The translations under genes and the position numbers were made by a program. DNA of 64,000 bases from Candidatus Poribacteria bacterium (GTDB lineage Bacteria; Poribacteria; WGA-4E; GCA-2687025): NCBI GenBank assembly GCA_963665845.2, contig OY762492.1, positions 2,720,001 through 2,784,000 on the forward strand. The letters run 5' to 3'. Positions 40,214 through 49,083 of the stretch are shown one piece after another. The notes below the pieces were generated by a model that worked only from the letters and a program-made list of their open reading frames with translations, had not been told where the DNA came from and did no database searches. Positions within the stretch are counted from its first letter, which is position 1. Every line of letters starts with the position of its first letter.

Positions 40214-41173
40214 ATGAGAGCGTTGGTTACGGGCGGGTCCGGCTTTATCGGCTCCGAGGTCGTGAAACTGCTGATAGAGCGCGGGGACGCCGAAGCGTCC
40301 ATCTTTCAACGCGGCGGACTGCCGCCCAAACTGGAGCCGTACGCCGACAAGATAACATGTTACCGCGGCTCGGTCGGCAACTACTCGCATGTGTTGAACG
40401 CCGTTCAGCAGAGCCGCGCCGACATTCTTTTTCATTTGGGCGCGATGCTCTCCGTCCCTTCCGAAGCCGACCACTCAACCTCCATTCAGACAAACGCGGT
40501 CGGCACGTTTTATGTGCTGGAGGCGGCGCGCCTGTTCAATGTGCAGAAGGTTATTTTCGCCAGCACCTTGGCGACCTTCGGGCTGGATATTCAGGAGCCG
40601 GTCATCGGGGACGCCTCCGTTCAGCGCCCGACGCTGATCTACGGCGCGACAAAAGTGTTCGGCGAACTGCTTGGACATTTCTACCGCCGGAAATTCGACA
40701 TGGATGTGCGCGGCTTGCGCTACCCGTCCGTTGTCGGACCTGGCGTTGCGAGCCCTGGGATCGTTCAGTACACCTCCTGGGTCATCGAAGAATCGGCGAA
40801 GGGGAACCCGTTTTCGATCTGGCTCAAACCGGAAACGCGCCAGCCGATCGTGTACTATAAGGACGCCGCGCTTGGAACGATCCAGCTCGCCGAGGCGCCG
40901 CGCGAGGCGATTCAGACCGTCTACTACCTGATCGACGGCGCGAAGCCGACCCCAAGCGCCCAGCAGATCGCCGACGCTGTACGCAAACGGCTGCCCAGCG
41001 CCGACATAAACTTTGACGTGGACGAAACGCTCCAAGCGACCATTGACCAGTTCCTGCGCCCCATCGACGACAGCCGAGCGCGCGCGGAATGGGGATGGAA
41101 CCCAAAATACGATCTGGACGGCATGGTGGACGACTTCATCGCCGAATGCAGACGCGCAGCGGAAACGGACTAA
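40214..41173 (+). CDS. NAD-dependent SDR epimerase family (L-threonine 3-dehydrogenase-like)
   Basis: GGSGFIG, HLGAMLS, YGATK, RGLRYP. Confidence 0.8.
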   Translation: MRALVTGGSGFIGSEVVKLLIERGDAEASIFQRGGLPPKLEPYADKITCYRGSVGNYSHVLNAVQQSRADILFHLGAMLSVPSEADHSTSIQTNAVGTFYVLEAARLFNVQKVIFASTLATFGLDIQEPVIGDASVQRPTLIYGATKVFGELLGHFYRRKFDMDVRGLRYPSVVGPGVASPGIVQYTSWVIEESAKGNPFSIWLKPETRQPIVYYKDAALGTIQLAEAPREAIQTVYYLIDGAKPTPSAQQIADAVRKRLPSADINFDVDETLQATIDQFLRPIDDSRARAEWGWNPKYDLDGMVDDFIAECRRAAETD

Positions 41174-41176
41174 CCC

Positions 41177-42991
41177 TTGGACCATCTCGACCAATACGAA
41201 GAGCATGAACTGACGAAGGTCTACGACCGCGAGATCGTCAAGCGGCTCATCGGCTACATGAAACCGTACACAGGATCGCTCATGCTGGCGCTGGCGTTGA
41301 TTCTGGTAGGCGAAGCGGCGCGCAACTCAACCCCTATCGTCGCCAAATACGCCATTGACCAGTTCATCAAGGGGGATCGGATGGAGGGGCTGGACCCCGC
41401 GGGCGTCTTTTTGGCGATGCGCTGGGTTTTGCTGCTTTATTTCGGCCTCTTGGCGGCGGACCTCTCATGCTCCTTTCTGCGCTCCTATGTGACCAAGATG
41501 ATGGGGCAGCGGATCATGCGCGACATGCGCCGTCAAATCTTCCGCCATATCCACCGCCTCCAGAACGCCTTTTTCGATAGAACGCCTGTCGGAAAACTGC
41601 TGACGCGGGTCATGAACGATGTGGCGGCGCTGGACGAGCTGTTCTCGGAGGGGCTGGTGGACGCCATCGGAAGCCTCGCCGGGCTGACCTTCATCGTCGC
41701 GGCGATGCTCATTGTGAACTGGAAGCTGGCGATTGCCGCTCTGTGCGTCCTTCCGATCATCGCGGTCGGGACGGCAGTCTATCAGATCTTGTCTAGAAAA
41801 GTGTTTCGGGAATGGCGCCGCCAACTCTCGCAGCTGAACGCTTTCATGAACGAGCGGATCGGCGGACTCACAACGGTTCAACTTTTCAACCGAGAAAAAG
41901 CGACCAACGAACGATTCCAAAATGTGAACAGCGGTTACCTCTCCGCCGCCTTGCGCGTCGTCACGGCGATGGCGATGTTCGGACCGATGATCGAACTGGC
42001 GGGCGGGCTTGCCACAACCGCCATCATCTGGCATGGCGGCGGACAGGCGCTTCAAGGCATCACAACGCCGGGGGAACTGTATGCGTTCCTGATCTGGGGG
42101 CAGCGGCTCTTTTGGCCCCTGCGCCGCCTCAGCGCTCAATACACAACGCTGCTGATTGCGATGGCGTCCTCCGAGCGCATCTTCACGATCCTGGACGCCG
42201 AGCCTGAAATCCAAACGCCGGCTGAAGCGGCGCCCGTCCCCGCGTTTCAACATGCGATTGAGTTCAAAAACGTCGGCTTTGCCTATGAAGAGGGCGTGGA
42301 CGTCTTAAAGAATGTGAACCTGACGATACGCAAGGGGGAGCGCATCGCGGTCGTCGGCGCGACAGGCTCCGGCAAGACGACGCTCATCAACCTCATGTGC
42401 CGCTTTTACGACATACAGCGGGGCGAAATTCGGTTTGACGGCAAAGAGATTCGGACGCTGAATCTGGAAGATTTGCGGCGGCGCATCGGCATCGTTCAGC
42501 AGGATGTGTTTCTGTTTTCAGGCAGCGTCAAGGAAAATATCCGCCTCGGCTCCAAAGAGATTTCGGACGAAGAGGTGGAGCGCGCCGCCGAGGTCGTTCA
42601 GGCGGATAGATTCATCCGCGCGCTGCCGGGCGGCTACGACGCGCAGGTGAACGAAGGCGGGCTTTCCTTTTCAAGCGGACAGAAGCAGCTGATCGCCTTC
42701 GCGCGCGCCCTCGCGTTCAACCCCGACATACTCATTCTAGACGAAGCCACCTCCTCCATCGACACCGAAACGGAGGCGCATATCCAGACAGGGCTGAAAC
42801 GGCTGCTGGAAGGGCGCACCTCCATCATCATCGCGCACCGCCTCTCGACGACGCAGGATGTGGACCGCATCGTCGTTCTCCACCGAGGCGAGATACGCGA
42901 AATCGGAACCCACTCGGAACTGATGCGCCAAAAAGGCATCTACTACCGCCTGACGCAGCTGCAATACGAAGATTGCCATGACTGGCATTGA
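41177..42991 (+). CDS. ABC exporter, fused permease/ATPase
   Basis: GATGSGKTT, FSSGQKQL, ILILDEATS, IAHRL. Confidence 0.95.
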   Translation: MDHLDQYEEHELTKVYDREIVKRLIGYMKPYTGSLMLALALILVGEAARNSTPIVAKYAIDQFIKGDRMEGLDPAGVFLAMRWVLLLYFGLLAADLSCSFLRSYVTKMMGQRIMRDMRRQIFRHIHRLQNAFFDRTPVGKLLTRVMNDVAALDELFSEGLVDAIGSLAGLTFIVAAMLIVNWKLAIAALCVLPIIAVGTAVYQILSRKVFREWRRQLSQLNAFMNERIGGLTTVQLFNREKATNERFQNVNSGYLSAALRVVTAMAMFGPMIELAGGLATTAIIWHGGGQALQGITTPGELYAFLIWGQRLFWPLRRLSAQYTTLLIAMASSERIFTILDAEPEIQTPAEAAPVPAFQHAIEFKNVGFAYEEGVDVLKNVNLTIRKGERIAVVGATGSGKTTLINLMCRFYDIQRGEIRFDGKEIRTLNLEDLRRRIGIVQQDVFLFSGSVKENIRLGSKEISDEEVERAAEVVQADRFIRALPGGYDAQVNEGGLSFSSGQKQLIAFARALAFNPDILILDEATSSIDTETEAHIQTGLKRLLEGRTSIIIAHRLSTTQDVDRIVVLHRGEIREIGTHSELMRQKGIYYRLTQLQYEDCHDWH

Positions 42992-43007
42992 CATTCCGCG
43001 CCGCTGG

Positions 43008-43302
43008 TCGTCCCCCGCTTCCCCGTTTTCACGAGGACATGCCCGCGAGGACATGCATTCCCGCGCCCTCATAGCCTGCCCCCGTGAAAACGGGGGTCAT
43101 TCCCGCGTAAGCGGGAATCTTAGGCGCCGCAGACGACGTCCGCATTTGCCGAAACCGTCATCCTACCATGCGTCATTCCCGCGCAAGCGGGAATCCAGAG
43201 GCGGCACCCTCCCTTTAAAACCCCCCTAGCCCCCCTTTTCAAGGGGGGAATCCAGAGGCGCCTCGCCCTTTAAAACCCCCCAGCCTCCTTTTCAAGGGGG
43301 GA
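43008..43302. repeat. Mosaic repeat block
   Basis: GGACATGCCCGCGAGGACATGC module, REP-like x2, poly-C/G hairpin x2. Confidence 0.85.
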
Positions 43303-43318
43303 GATTACAATGTCGGCA

Positions 43319-43347
43319 TTGACATTCTGCGCCGTCCGTTTCATGAT
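43319..43347 (+). promoter_or_regulatory. Sigma70-like promoter
   Basis: TTGACA-N17-CATGAT. Confidence 0.5.
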
Positions 43348-43374
43348 AGGCGAAGGTTTTAGAGAAAGGGACTT

Positions 43375-44196
43375 ATGGCGAACACAGCCCCGCTCGTTGA
43401 ACTCTTTAGCATCGGCACCGAGCTTGTTTACGGACAGATACATGACACGAACTCATTCTGGATGGCGAAGGAGATTGTGGCGCTCGGCGCGCGGGTGCGC
43501 CGCATCACGCAGCTGATCGACGACCCCGAGGAGATCAAGCAGGCGTTTCAAACGGCCGTCGACCGCGAAACGGACCTGGCAATCTGCTCCGGCGGCCTGG
43601 GACCGACGCCGGACGATCTCACCTCCGAAATACTGGCGGAGATCGCAGGCGTCAACTCCGTCCCGCATGAAAATGTGATCGAAGATTATATGACGCGGCG
43701 CGGCGTTCCCAGCCGGGAGGAGATGAACCCGAACCTGGTGCGCATGGCGACCGCGCCGACAACCGCCCGCTGTCTGCTGAATCCAGTCGGCTGGGCGCCA
43801 TGCATCGCGCTGGATGTCGGACAAACAACCTTTTTAGCGCTGCCGGGTCCGCCGCGCGAGATGGAGGCGGTCTTCAAGCGGCATGTGGCGCCGTATATCT
43901 CGGAACGGTACGAACGGCGTTCGGCGGCGCAGCGGGTGCTTATCAACACGCATGAGTCGTCTGTCGCGCCCTATTTTGAGGAGCTGAAGGCGCAATTCCC
44001 CGGCTCCTATATGAAAGGGTATATAGCAGATCAGTCGACCCCCGGCTGGCTTCCGGTCGACATCGTCGCGGTCGGGGAGACCTCGCAGGAGGCGCATGAA
44101 ACGCTGCAAGCGATCATCGACGCGCTGCGCAAAAAGGTGGAGCAGATCGGAAAGACGGTGACCGTCTCCCCCGGTTCCATAGAGGAGATGGAGTAG
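43375..44196 (+). CDS. CinA-like molybdopterin-binding-domain protein (no PncC domain)
   Basis: IGTELVYGQIHDTNS, SGGLGPTPDDLT, LPGPPREM. Confidence 0.85.
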   Translation: MANTAPLVELFSIGTELVYGQIHDTNSFWMAKEIVALGARVRRITQLIDDPEEIKQAFQTAVDRETDLAICSGGLGPTPDDLTSEILAEIAGVNSVPHENVIEDYMTRRGVPSREEMNPNLVRMATAPTTARCLLNPVGWAPCIALDVGQTTFLALPGPPREMEAVFKRHVAPYISERYERRSAAQRVLINTHESSVAPYFEELKAQFPGSYMKGYIADQSTPGWLPVDIVAVGETSQEAHETLQAIIDALRKKVEQIGKTVTVSPGSIEEME

Positions 44197-44208
44197 GGAA
44201 GGCTGGAT

Positions 44209-44228
44209 GGGGGAAGGCGCCTTCCCCC
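44209..44228. terminator. Perfect 20-bp palindrome between convergent genes
   Basis: GGGGGAAGGCGCCTTCCCCC. Confidence 0.55.
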
Positions 44229-44249
44229 AGCTCGCCGCTTCATGGCGTT

Positions 44250-45707
44250 TCATTCATCGCCGCTGTCGTCTTCCTCCTCGTCTTCGCCGTTTGGCGGCTG
44301 CCGTTTCAGACGCTCCTGTTCGTCGAAGCGGCGGAAGACCTGCTCAACCTCCTCGCGCGAATGGCGCTTGCGGACGGCGTTGTAAGCGTCCTGGGCGCGC
44401 TGGGCGTCGCCCGACTTGGCGAAGGCGCGCGCCATGCCCAACAAGGCGTTCATGTAGCCTTCGGGCGTCGCCTCGGAGAGACCGTACTCCATCTCAAACG
44501 CATCTTGGTACGCCTTGGCGAAGTCGGCGTATGCCGTCGCCATGTCCATTTCTGCGCCGGTTGGAGGCGCGCTTTCAGGGCGCGGGGCGTCTGGATGGTC
44601 AGGCGGCGGAGGAGCGCCATGCGGCTCGTCCAGGGCAGATCCATGGGGATGACCATGAGACGGCGCGCTCGGAGCGGTTGGCGTCTGCTTTGCCGCCGCG
44701 TCCGGCCCCCGTTCCTCCCAGATGGACGAGTAGTTCCGCTCTCCTATGAACATCAAATTCATATAACTGCCAACATTCCGTTCACGCGGACCATGCCCAT
44801 GCGGGTGTCTCAGCTCATTCGGCGGCCCTGAAAGCATCTTCCCAAAATGGCTCTCGTCATACCCGGCGCCGAGAAGATAATGCATCGCCGCGATGTCCTG
44901 CATATCCAGCCGCTCGTAGGAGACGGCAAGATTTTCATGCAGTTCCCAATTTGAATGCGGACCTTCATCCGGCAGTAAACGCTCCAGGGCGGCGATGACC
45001 TCCTCCGGATGATCTCGCGTCAAGGCCAAAGTTGCAATGCCCATTGTGTCCGGATCGTCCGAGTACAGCTCCATGAGTCTCCGAGAGATCTCAATCCTGT
45101 CAGTCTGCGATCCGGTCCCCGAGAAGAGCTTCACGAGCAGGGCTTCGCGCGAGGTCGGATCTTTTGCCAGGACGCGGTCGGCGTATTCCACAGCATATTT
45201 CTTCTCTGGAATCCAAGGCCAATCGGAGGAAAAAGAAAGCGGGGAGAAACCGTGGTATTGGAGCAGATGCTTCGCGGCGGTCAGGTCATCCATCCCTTCC
45301 ACCAGTATCTCGATCACTTCTGCCGGAGTTTCTTTATCAAACGTGACGGAAGTGGATCCGGTCAGCTCACGCAGCTTCTCCATCGCGCGCCTTTCTTTAT
45401 CCATAAAGTCGCGATTCATGGAGATTTCCGGGCTGAATCCCGAATCATGGACATGCGCCCCACTGTCGGGCGCGGCGCCTTCCGCCGGAGATGTCCCATC
45501 AGGATCGTCCGCGCCGCGTATTGTTGGATCGCCGGCGGAGACCCCGCCCTCGGTGGAATGTCCGCCCGACTCTACGCTTGGAGCCGAATCTGCCGGCGGC
45601 TCCGCCGCGCGGCGGGCGGCAAAAAACGCCAGCGCCGCCAGCAAAACGGCGCCGACCAACAGCGCGAGGCGCGCCCTGCGGCGTGATGAGCGTTGCGTCG
45701 TTTTCAT
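44250..45707 (-). CDS. Membrane-anchored hypothetical protein with TPR-like helices
   Basis: N-terminal TM; helical core; H/P-rich linker; acidic tail. Confidence 0.7.
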   Translation of the reverse strand: MKTTQRSSRRRARLALLVGAVLLAALAFFAARRAAEPPADSAPSVESGGHSTEGGVSAGDPTIRGADDPDGTSPAEGAAPDSGAHVHDSGFSPEISMNRDFMDKERRAMEKLRELTGSTSVTFDKETPAEVIEILVEGMDDLTAAKHLLQYHGFSPLSFSSDWPWIPEKKYAVEYADRVLAKDPTSREALLVKLFSGTGSQTDRIEISRRLMELYSDDPDTMGIATLALTRDHPEEVIAALERLLPDEGPHSNWELHENLAVSYERLDMQDIAAMHYLLGAGYDESHFGKMLSGPPNELRHPHGHGPRERNVGSYMNLMFIGERNYSSIWEERGPDAAAKQTPTAPSAPSHGHPHGSALDEPHGAPPPPDHPDAPRPESAPPTGAEMDMATAYADFAKAYQDAFEMEYGLSEATPEGYMNALLGMARAFAKSGDAQRAQDAYNAVRKRHSREEVEQVFRRFDEQERLKRQPPNGEDEEEDDSGDE

Positions 45708-45780
45708 CGCCTTGACCGACCCAAGTTGTTAAGCGCGTCTAGGAACAGCATAACGCCTCGGCGTTAGCGCCGCAAGCCGC

Positions 45781-45828
45781 TCACTCCTCCTCGCCGCTGT
45801 CGTCTTCCTCCTCGTCTTCGCTGTTTGG
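45781..45828 (-). pseudogene. Remnant 3' end of a paralog of 44250-45707
   Basis: Encodes PNSEDEEEDDSGEEE* versus PNGEDEEEDDSGDE*; 37/38 nt identity of 45791-45828 with 44257-44294. Confidence 0.7.
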
Positions 45829-46010
45829 GGAATCGGACGCCGCGATGGGAAAAGGCGTCGTCAACCAGGTCGTCCCCCGCTTCCCCGTTTTCACGAGGAC
45901 ATGCCCGCGAGGACATGCATTCCCGCGTAAGCGGGAATCTTAAGGCATCGCAACGGCTGCGCCTGTCCTCTAAACCCCCCCTGGTTCCCCCCTTTTCAAG
46001 GGGGAATCGA
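45827..46010. repeat. Mosaic repeat block overlapping the rdgB 3' end
   Basis: Same modules as 43008-43302. Confidence 0.8.
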
Positions 46011-46605
46011 ACGCCGCGCGGAGCGGTTTTTCTAGCCGCTTGAGCGCGTCGGCGCGGTGGCTGACGCGGTTTTTCTCCGCCTGCGGAATTTCCGCCATCG
46101 TCCGCCGGTACGTCGGCAGCCAGAACACAGGGTCGTATCCGAAGCCGCCGCTCCCTGCAGGCGCCTCGGCGATAATGCCTTCGCAGACGCCGCGCGCCTC
46201 CGCGAGTATCTCGCCGCCGCGCGCCAGAACCATGACGCACACAAAGCGCGCCGTCCGCTTCTCAAACGGGACGCCCATTGTCTCGCGCAGCAGTTTCTGG
46301 ACGCATTCTTCGGAGGAGGCGCCTTCGCCTGCATACCGCGCCGAATGGATGCCGGGGCGTCCGTTCAGCGCGTCCACTTCTAAGCCGGAGTCGTCCGCGA
46401 GAACGCATCCGTCCTCCGACGACGAGACGGCGAGCGCCTTGATACGCGCATTTTCAAAAAACGAATCCCCATCCTCCACCGGAGACGGAATATGCGGCAG
46501 GTCCCGCAAGGTTTGAATCTCAACGGGAGTAATCCCAAGAGCCGTCAGTATCGCCTCGATCTCATCCCGCTTATGCAGGTTGGAGGTCGCTAGAGTGAAC
46601 CGCAT
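45970..46605 (-). CDS. rdgB: Non-canonical purine NTP pyrophosphatase RdgB/HAM1
   Basis: ATSNLHK, ADDSGLEVDAL, HSARY, GFGYDPVF, KNRVSHR. Confidence 0.95.
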   Translation of the reverse strand: MRFTLATSNLHKRDEIEAILTALGITPVEIQTLRDLPHIPSPVEDGDSFFENARIKALAVSSSEDGCVLADDSGLEVDALNGRPGIHSARYAGEGASSEECVQKLLRETMGVPFEKRTARFVCVMVLARGGEILAEARGVCEGIIAEAPAGSGGFGYDPVFWLPTYRRTMAEIPQAEKNRVSHRADALKRLEKPLRAAFDSPLKRGEPGGV

Positions 46606-47368
46606 GGGCGTTTTCTAAAAACATCTTGCGCAGCATATCGATGAGCAGGCGGTTTCCCTTCACGGCGAGATTCAGCATTTCGTTCATCTGTCCCCGTGTG
46701 AAGGGCGCCGCCTCCGCCGAGCCTTGTATTTCAATGAACGCGCCGCCGCCGGTCATGACGACGTTCATGTCCACCTCGGCGGAGGAATCTTCTTCGTACG
46801 GCAGGTCGAGAACAGGGTTGCCGTTCACGATGCCGACGCTGACCGCCGCGGCGTAATCTTTGACCGGAAAGCCGTCTCGAAAGCCCCCTTGTTCGCGCAG
46901 CGTTTCGCATGCGTCCATGAACGCGGCGAACGCGCCGGTGATGGAGGCGCAGCGCGTGCCGCCGTCCGCCTGGAGAACGTCGCAGTCGAGCCAGAAGGTG
47001 CGCTCGCCGAGCAGCGATGTGTCAACGACCGCGCGGATCGATCTGCCGATGAGCCGCTGTATCTCCTGCGTTCGCCCTGATACGCTTCCTTGCCGTCCGT
47101 CGCGCGAAGTGCGGTCTGGCGTGGAGCCGGGCAGCATGGCGTATTCGGCGGTGATCCATCCCCCTCCCCCTTCGAACTGAACGAATCTGGGGACGCGCTC
47201 TTCGATGGAGACGGCGCATAAAACGCGCGTGTCGCCGACATCTATCAGGGCGGATCCTGCCGCGAATTTTGCATATCCGCGCTCAATCTTGACCGGACGC
47301 ATCGCGTCGTTTGCCCGTCCATCTTTGCGGTGAAATGCCGGGCGATGTTCATCAAGTTTGGCGGTCAT
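46571..47368 (-). CDS. rph: Ribonuclease PH
   Basis: GWITAEYAMLP, GRTQEIQRLIGRS, DVLQADGGTR, EDSSAEVDMNVV. Confidence 0.97.
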   Translation of the reverse strand: MTAKLDEHRPAFHRKDGRANDAMRPVKIERGYAKFAAGSALIDVGDTRVLCAVSIEERVPRFVQFEGGGGWITAEYAMLPGSTPDRTSRDGRQGSVSGRTQEIQRLIGRSIRAVVDTSLLGERTFWLDCDVLQADGGTRCASITGAFAAFMDACETLREQGGFRDGFPVKDYAAAVSVGIVNGNPVLDLPYEEDSSAEVDMNVVMTGGGAFIEIQGSAEAAPFTRGQMNEMLNLAVKGNRLLIDMLRKMFLENAHAVHSSDLQPA

Positions 47369-48819
47369 CTCCGTTTCTTATCGTCATCGTCGTCGCTGGA
47401 GCTGGACGAGGAAGCGGCGCCTCTCGACTTGCCGGAGCTAGACGAGGAGCTGGACGCGCTGGAACGCGGCTTAGAGGAGCTGGAGCTGGACGACCTGCTC
47501 GAAGACGAGGCTGCGGGTCGAGTCCTTTCCTCCTGCGGCGTGTAGGTACGCGACCGCGTATACGGCGAAGAGGTCCGAGAGTCATCGGAAGACCTGGACG
47601 AAGGCGCATAACGCGAATAGTCGATAGACCGGCGCGTCGGAGAGGTGGAGGATCGGCTGCCGGTGGACGCCGCGCCTCGGTTCTTGAGGCCGGTTGAGTA
47701 GCCGGACGTGAGCGAGCGGCGCTGCGTTGAAACAGACGAGCGGCGTTTCTCCGAGTAAGCGCCCGCAATCTGCGTCGACGGCGTCGGCGATGTCCGATAA
47801 GCGGAGAGCGCCTGCCGAACCGACCCGATGTCTCTTGAACGCACATCGGCGTTTCGCCCGCGCTCATAGGAGCCGCGGACCGAGTTCAGCTGCGTCGTCC
47901 ATCGGTTGACGGGGCGGTACCGGTTCGTTTGCGCCGGGCGGTACACATTGTATCGGTCGTATCGACCGTATCCGTATCGGCGGGATGAGTAGTAGTTGTT
48001 GTAGTAGCCCCTCCACCGCCGGTTGATTCCGATATAAACGGAGTCGCTGACGGGAAATTCCCAGTACAGATAGTATCCGTAGTCGGTCGGGAAGTAGAAG
48101 TTGGAGCCGTAAAGCGAGTGGTACCCGTAGGCGTTCCATGGGGCGTACCGGTAGCCTGGGACGTGTCGGCGGATCACATTCGGGCGCAGCTCGCGCGTGA
48201 AGGTTTCGACCTCGATATAATCGATGTCGATGCGGTTGGCGCCGTCGGCGACGATGTGAAGTTCCAGCAAGCCTTCAGGGTTGACGTACCGGTCGGCGGG
48301 TATTTCAAGTGTTTCGGACCGCCGGTCGGATCGGAGAAGGAACGTGTCGCCTTGGAGCGCTTCGTCGAGGTTGTCGCCGCCGCTTTCGTCGCTGCGGATC
48401 CATGCGCGTCCGGCGATGGCGTAGTCTCGGTTGAGATCGTGGGCGCGTCCATCGCCTTCATACCGTATTTTGATTTTGATCTGCCGCGTTCCATACGGAA
48501 TGTCGAACAGATAGACGGCGCTGGCGATGCCGTATTCGTAGTTGTCAGGCTCCATTCCGCCGGTCGCCCATGCGGCGACGCGGATGCCTCGATCAAAGGC
48601 GGGGCTGAGAGTGACGGTGGCGTTGCCGCGCTCAATCCAGTTGTCCAGTTCGGCGCCGGCTCGGCGCTCTCGGCTGAGTCGTTCGGGGGCGTACCGGTAA
48701 TCGTAGTCGTAGTAAGAGGATCCGTAGAGGTACGGGTTGGCGATGGCAGCGGCTCCCCATGCGGTCATGAGGGCGATGGCTGCGGCAAAGAGGGTTGCGC
48801 GCGTCGCGGTTGTTTTCAT
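47365..48819 (-). CDS. Secreted hypothetical protein with Tyr-rich and Ser/Arg-rich low-complexity regions
   Basis: RBS AGGAG; signal peptide MKTTATRATLFAAAIAL; stop overlaps rph start. Confidence 0.75.
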   Translation of the reverse strand: MKTTATRATLFAAAIALMTAWGAAAIANPYLYGSSYYDYDYRYAPERLSRERRAGAELDNWIERGNATVTLSPAFDRGIRVAAWATGGMEPDNYEYGIASAVYLFDIPYGTRQIKIKIRYEGDGRAHDLNRDYAIAGRAWIRSDESGGDNLDEALQGDTFLLRSDRRSETLEIPADRYVNPEGLLELHIVADGANRIDIDYIEVETFTRELRPNVIRRHVPGYRYAPWNAYGYHSLYGSNFYFPTDYGYYLYWEFPVSDSVYIGINRRWRGYYNNYYSSRRYGYGRYDRYNVYRPAQTNRYRPVNRWTTQLNSVRGSYERGRNADVRSRDIGSVRQALSAYRTSPTPSTQIAGAYSEKRRSSVSTQRRSLTSGYSTGLKNRGAASTGSRSSTSPTRRSIDYSRYAPSSRSSDDSRTSSPYTRSRTYTPQEERTRPAASSSSRSSSSSSSKPRSSASSSSSSSGKSRGAASSSSSSDDDDDKKRR

Positions 48820-49083
48820 GGTCGTTCTCCTAAGTGCGCTGTCTCTTCTTGAAACGACAGCGCGGCATGCAGGTTTACATACGGAAGATTCGCTTGAAGA
48901 AAAATTTCGCCGCTTTGGAGCCAACGCCGGCGAACAGATTGGCAACCGCCATGGTCGCAGCCAGCACGATGAACCGCAGTAAGGTCGGCATAAGTGATCC
49001 TCCATTTACGTTCTATAATAGTATGCCATGCGGATGGGGTCAAGCGCAAGCTCCTGACGGCAGTCTCTATATAGGGCGGCTCG

